Shown piece by piece: positions 63,087 through 64,000 of a stretch of DNA of 64,000 nucleotides. The position numbers and the translations under genes are program-made. The notes under the pieces were generated by a model that saw only the letters and a list, made by a program, of their open reading frames with translations, made no database searches and was not told the origin of the DNA. This stretch comes from Octopus sinensis (lineage: Eukaryota): positions 66,030,001 through 66,094,000 of the forward strand of contig NC_043010.1 of the NCBI RefSeq assembly GCF_006345805.1. Direction: 5' to 3'. Position 1 is the stretch's first letter, and each line of letters starts with the position of its first letter.

Positions 63087-63368
63087 GTTTGTTTAATGTG
63101 TGGCTCATGCAATCAGTCATTTGTTTGTCAAAATTCTTTTGTCATTATTCTTGACCCCATCAATGACATGTCTCCTCTCTTCAAGATATGACTTTTTCTC
63201 TTAATCTTTAATCATTAATAATTCACTCATTTGATAACTATATTTTTTTTTAATTATTGGTACGTGATAATGACTGTAATTTTTTGCTTTATTTCAGATG
63301 AAAAAAAAACAATGTAAGTACGGAACTTTTAAAAATAAGTGATATATATCTCTGTGTGTGTGCATGTT

Positions 63369-63407
<39 letters not shown>

Positions 63408-63409
63408 GT

Positions 63410-63650
63410 TTATTTGTTTCAGTCATTTGACTGTGGCCATGCTGGAGTACCGCCTTTTTAGTTGAACAAATCAACCCTGGGACTTATTTTTTGTAAACCT
63501 AGTGCTTATTCTATCGGTCTCTTTTGCCAAACCACTAGGTTACGGGGACATAAACACACCAACATCAGTCATCAAGTGATGGTGGGGGGACAAACACAGA
63601 CACACAAACACAAACACACACACAAATACAACAGGCTTCTTTCAGTTTCT
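63410..63650 (-). mobile_element. SINE family A, 3' part
   Basis: Family consensus, reverse complement. Confidence 0.75.
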
Positions 63651-64000
63651 TTTTTTCCATATATATAGATATATATATATATATATATATATGATCGCTC
63701 AATCCACAAGTTTTTTTATTCTCTCTCTGTTTATTTTCTCTTATTCCTTTCTGTTGAAGAGCATAGGCTCGAAACATAAAAGACTTTCTCACTTTGCTGG
63801 GCATCAGACTAATGCACCCGCTTGTTGTTTATCCACCTGTCTTCGTCTTTTGTTTTCCTGTAAATTTCAACTATATATCTATATCTATATATATATATAT
63901 ATATATATACAGATAAAGGGTGAAATATAATTAATTTAATAAAATCAATAAATTTCACCTAGTAGTATTTCAGTATGTGAGTTACAAATACTGTTGTTTG

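Overview
AT-rich eukaryotic DNA dominated by microsatellites and mobile elements. The SINE families, RTE 3' ends with (GAT)n tails and very dense simple repeats look like an octopus (coleoid cephalopod) intron or intergenic region; the species call is pattern recognition, not a database result. Nearly all ORFs in the supplied track are simple-repeat artefacts. Protein-coding remnants are all transposon-derived: RTE, CR1/L2, Tx1/L1, an RLE (R4/Dong-like) LINE, Ty3/gypsy LTR+gag, three Tc1/mariner-family transposases, hAT and a Helitron helicase. There are also many MITEs with readable TIRs/TSDs and one candidate host exon (57651-58060, +). The most notable signal is a set of sequence-unrelated fold-back cassettes (long inverted repeats), mostly at 9.6-23 kb. 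Several carry an outward-pointing minimal type-I hammerhead ribozyme fold. The catalytic core is canonical at 18115-18198, 13589-13676/13393-13480 and 16964-17006, and one or two substitutions away at 9813-9855 and 21947-21982. These resemble Penelope-like pseudo-LTR ends. Secondary findings: Tx1 and RLE LINE ends meeting at one (TATC)n tract, a SINE sharing its 3' tail with that Tx1 family, head-to-tail SINE multimers, and a complete 951-bp mini-Helitron. All folds and translations were done by hand.
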